Virus record (IMG/VR): IMGVR_UViG_3300045988_002888
DNA: 6,884 bases
Reading direction: 5' to 3' (one strand)
Source: a virus
The notes beneath the pieces are model-generated. The model was not told where the DNA came from. It searched no databases and worked only from the letters and a program-made list of their open reading frames with translations. Shown piece by piece: positions 5,665 to 6,884 of the stretch. A program made the position numbers and the translations under genes. The stretch's first letter is position 1, and the number at the start of each line of letters is the position of its first letter.

Positions 5665-6884
5665 TTATTCTAGAAATACATCATTTTCATCATTTAATTT
5701 CTTATGTTTGACGCGAATATAATGTACTTCATAGTAATTCTTATCTTTCCACTCCTGAAAATAACGATTATTAACTTTTTTTTGCGATTTATTAATATAA
5801 AACAAAGATAAAAGTTCATCCGAATAGCCTTCACGCTCGAACATTTCCTGCTGAATACTCAATTGCCTTTCCAGGGACATAGACCGACACCTGGACATAT
5901 ATTCATCAGATAAGGAAATAATATAATCATCAGAAAGACCAAGAGATTCCCAAATACGATATATATAAAGGGGACGACAAAGTTTGTTCTTAAGTCTATC
6001 AGTGAAATAATGAATTTCTTTGACACAGCGCGTATAAGCAAGATAAACACGAAGACACTCAGGAAGAGTATCGTAACAACATTTATACTTTTCATACAAT
6101 GTTACTGTATAGGTGTGAACAAATTCGGATATGTTTGTAGGAGTTTCTTTTTTAAAGGGCTCATTTCGTCTAAAGAGTTGTAAAACTCCACGGATTGAAC
6201 GCAAAATTGTTCGAGTTTCGACAGAAAAATTACTGCTGTATGGAACGAATCGTGGCAATAATCGAGAGATATACGAAAGGGGGGAAGTGAACTCGCAAGA
6301 TTTACCATTACGGACAAAGAGTATTCGCTCAGATAGGCGCTCGACTGCTTGTTCAGGTGTTTTAACTGTTTGTCGAAAGCTTTCATATCCAAATAATTTG
6401 CTAAACCGCGACTTAACCTTTGTAAAGGAGACGTCCGTAAAAATGTTGGGGAGAGACACAATGCTATTAAGATAGCCCGATACGTAACTACCGGCGGAAT
6501 CCCTTGCAAGTTGCGTATCGACACGACCGATTTTCCAACTCTGAAATACAGCCTGTCGAATATTTTTGGCGACTTCGTCCGAGTCAAAGAAAAATAGGAT
6601 ATGGAAATGCGGGCGGAATGTCTTAGGAGAGTACTCCGATACAACGAATGAAGATATTTTTTCATATGAACCAATTTTTGTAAATAAATATTTGCGAAAA
6701 CGTTTCGCAAAAAGTTGATAATCACGATAATTCACATATTTAAGAAGTCCTTTAAATTGAGGAAAGGCATTATCATTTCCTTCACATTTTGATTTTTTTT
6801 TAAGCATCTCAACCCTTTCAGGGGGAAGCCAAACCAATTCCTCACGCTGAACGTCATTGAATTTTTGCAACTTAGACATGCGCG
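5665..6884 (-). CDS. VP4: Replication initiation protein, C-terminal 404 codons; full protein is 587 aa as join(637..94 via the junction to 6791..5665)
   Basis: HUH motif II, RPHFHILFFF (HFH = nt 6601..6609). Motif III has paired tyrosines, YVSGYLNS (Y at 6484..6486 and 6472..6474), like phiX174 gpA YVAKYVNK. The RDYQLFAKRFRK segment is typical of microvirus VP4. TAA stop at 5667..5665. The ATG at 6879 is an internal Met (residue 184). Confidence 0.92.
   Translation of the reverse strand, partial: RMSKLQKFNDVQREELVWLPPERVEMLKKKSKCEGNDNAFPQFKGLLKYVNYRDYQLFAKRFRKYLFTKIGSYEKISSFVVSEYSPKTFRPHFHILFFFDSDEVAKNIRQAVFQSWKIGRVDTQLARDSAGSYVSGYLNSIVSLPNIFTDVSFTKVKSRFSKLFGYESFRQTVKTPEQAVERLSERILFVRNGKSCEFTSPLSYISRLLPRFVPYSSNFSVETRTILRSIRGVLQLFRRNEPFKKETPTNISEFVHTYTVTLYEKYKCCYDTLPECLRVYLAYTRCVKEIHYFTDRLKNKLCRPLYIYRIWESLGLSDDYIISLSDEYMSRCRSMSLERQLSIQQEMFEREGYSDELLSLFYINKSQKKVNNRYFQEWKDKNYYEVHYIRVKHKKLNDENDVFLE
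5803..5810 (-). promoter_or_regulatory. Possible internal promoter -7 box (TATCTTTG) inside the 3' end of Rep, upstream of the structural gene block
   Basis: This is the third exact copy of TATCTTTG on the coding strand, 152 nt upstream of the 67-aa ORF ATG. No -33 TTTG is present at the expected spacing. Confidence 0.25.
6792..6884. repeat. Direct terminal redundancy, copy 2 (identical to 1..93)
   Basis: Same comparison as copy 1. Confidence 0.97.

Larger units (their letters stand above)
1..6791 (-). other. One full unit of a circular Microviridae (gokusho/alpavirus-like) ssDNA genome, 6,791 nt, shown as the reverse complement of the coding strand
   Basis: There is an exact 93-nt terminal redundancy. 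All long ORFs with recognisable microvirus motifs (VP1, VP2, HUH Rep) lie on one strand. The Rep reading frame closes seamlessly across the junction. Confidence 0.85.

Noticed and set aside
1923-6095. Very hydrophobic minus-strand ORFs nested in VP2, VP1 and Rep that look like phiX174 E-type lysis genes (1923..2141, 2154..2345, 2541..2780, 3910..4140, 4156..4392, 4894..5082, 5859..6095)
   Set aside because: By coordinate arithmetic all seven are in the +1 frame of their host gene. The host genes have strongly T-rich third codon positions, which become second positions in the +1 frame. This automatically yields Leu/Ile/Phe/Val-rich pseudo-proteins with few stops. Some start at TTG, and 1923..2141 runs through the terminator hairpin.
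412-6475. Other plus-strand ORFs (412..612, 762..1073, 2107..2508, 2518..2754, 2859..3065, 5459..5722, 6131..6475)
   Set aside because: All are antisense to well-supported genes and have low-complexity R/I/S/T-rich products. None has promoter or start-context support.
6241-6660. Apparent GC- and CpG-rich patch in the Rep catalytic core as evidence of recombination
   Set aside because: Hand counts give about 43% GC here, against about 33% in the flanking Rep sequence but about 40% in VP1. The patch is therefore within the normal range for this genome, and it is the Rep 3' half that is unusually AT-rich.
6711-6730. Weak resemblance of the coding-strand sequence TATCAACTTTTTG to the phiX174 origin core CAACTTGATA
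   Set aside because: Only about 6 nt match, the rest diverges, and there is no supporting structure. Chance similarity in AT-rich DNA is likely.
6877-6879. ATG at 6879 as the Rep start, or as a phiX174 A*-like internal start
   Set aside because: It is residue 184 of a continuous ORF. Several other internal Met codons exist and nothing distinguishes this one. An A*-like product cannot be inferred from sequence alone.
1-6884. Prophage, transposon or CRISPR interpretation of the terminal repeats
   Set aside because: There is no integrase, transposase, repeat-spacer array or flanking host gene. The repeats are direct, lie inside the Rep coding sequence, and restore a single ORF on circularisation.

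Overview
The window is one complete circular ssDNA phage genome of the family Microviridae, written as the reverse complement of the coding strand. Bases 1-93 are identical to 6792-6884, so the true unit length is 6,791 nt. Every credible gene is on the minus strand. In transcription order they are: a HUH rolling-circle replication initiator (VP4-like) that crosses the linearisation point, a 67-aa membrane or lipoprotein-like protein, the major capsid protein VP1 (594 aa), a 152-aa acidic-tailed possible scaffold protein, the pilot protein VP2 (397 aa), and a cassette of four 59-68-aa ORFs of unknown function. The ORF track truncates Rep to 404 aa because of the window edge. Hand translation shows it starts at 637 and is 587 aa long. 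Non-coding signals include three exact copies of TATCTTTG, which matches the Bacteroides -7 promoter box, a strand-specific intrinsic terminator after VP2, a weaker hairpin after the small-ORF cassette, and a GC-rich element with two competing 8-bp stems in the apparently untranscribed gap. Stop-TT-ATG junctions recur and no Shine-Dalgarno sequences are visible. All plus-strand ORFs and the hydrophobic +1-frame ORFs look like compositional artefacts. No database search was possible, so family assignments rest on motifs recalled from memory.
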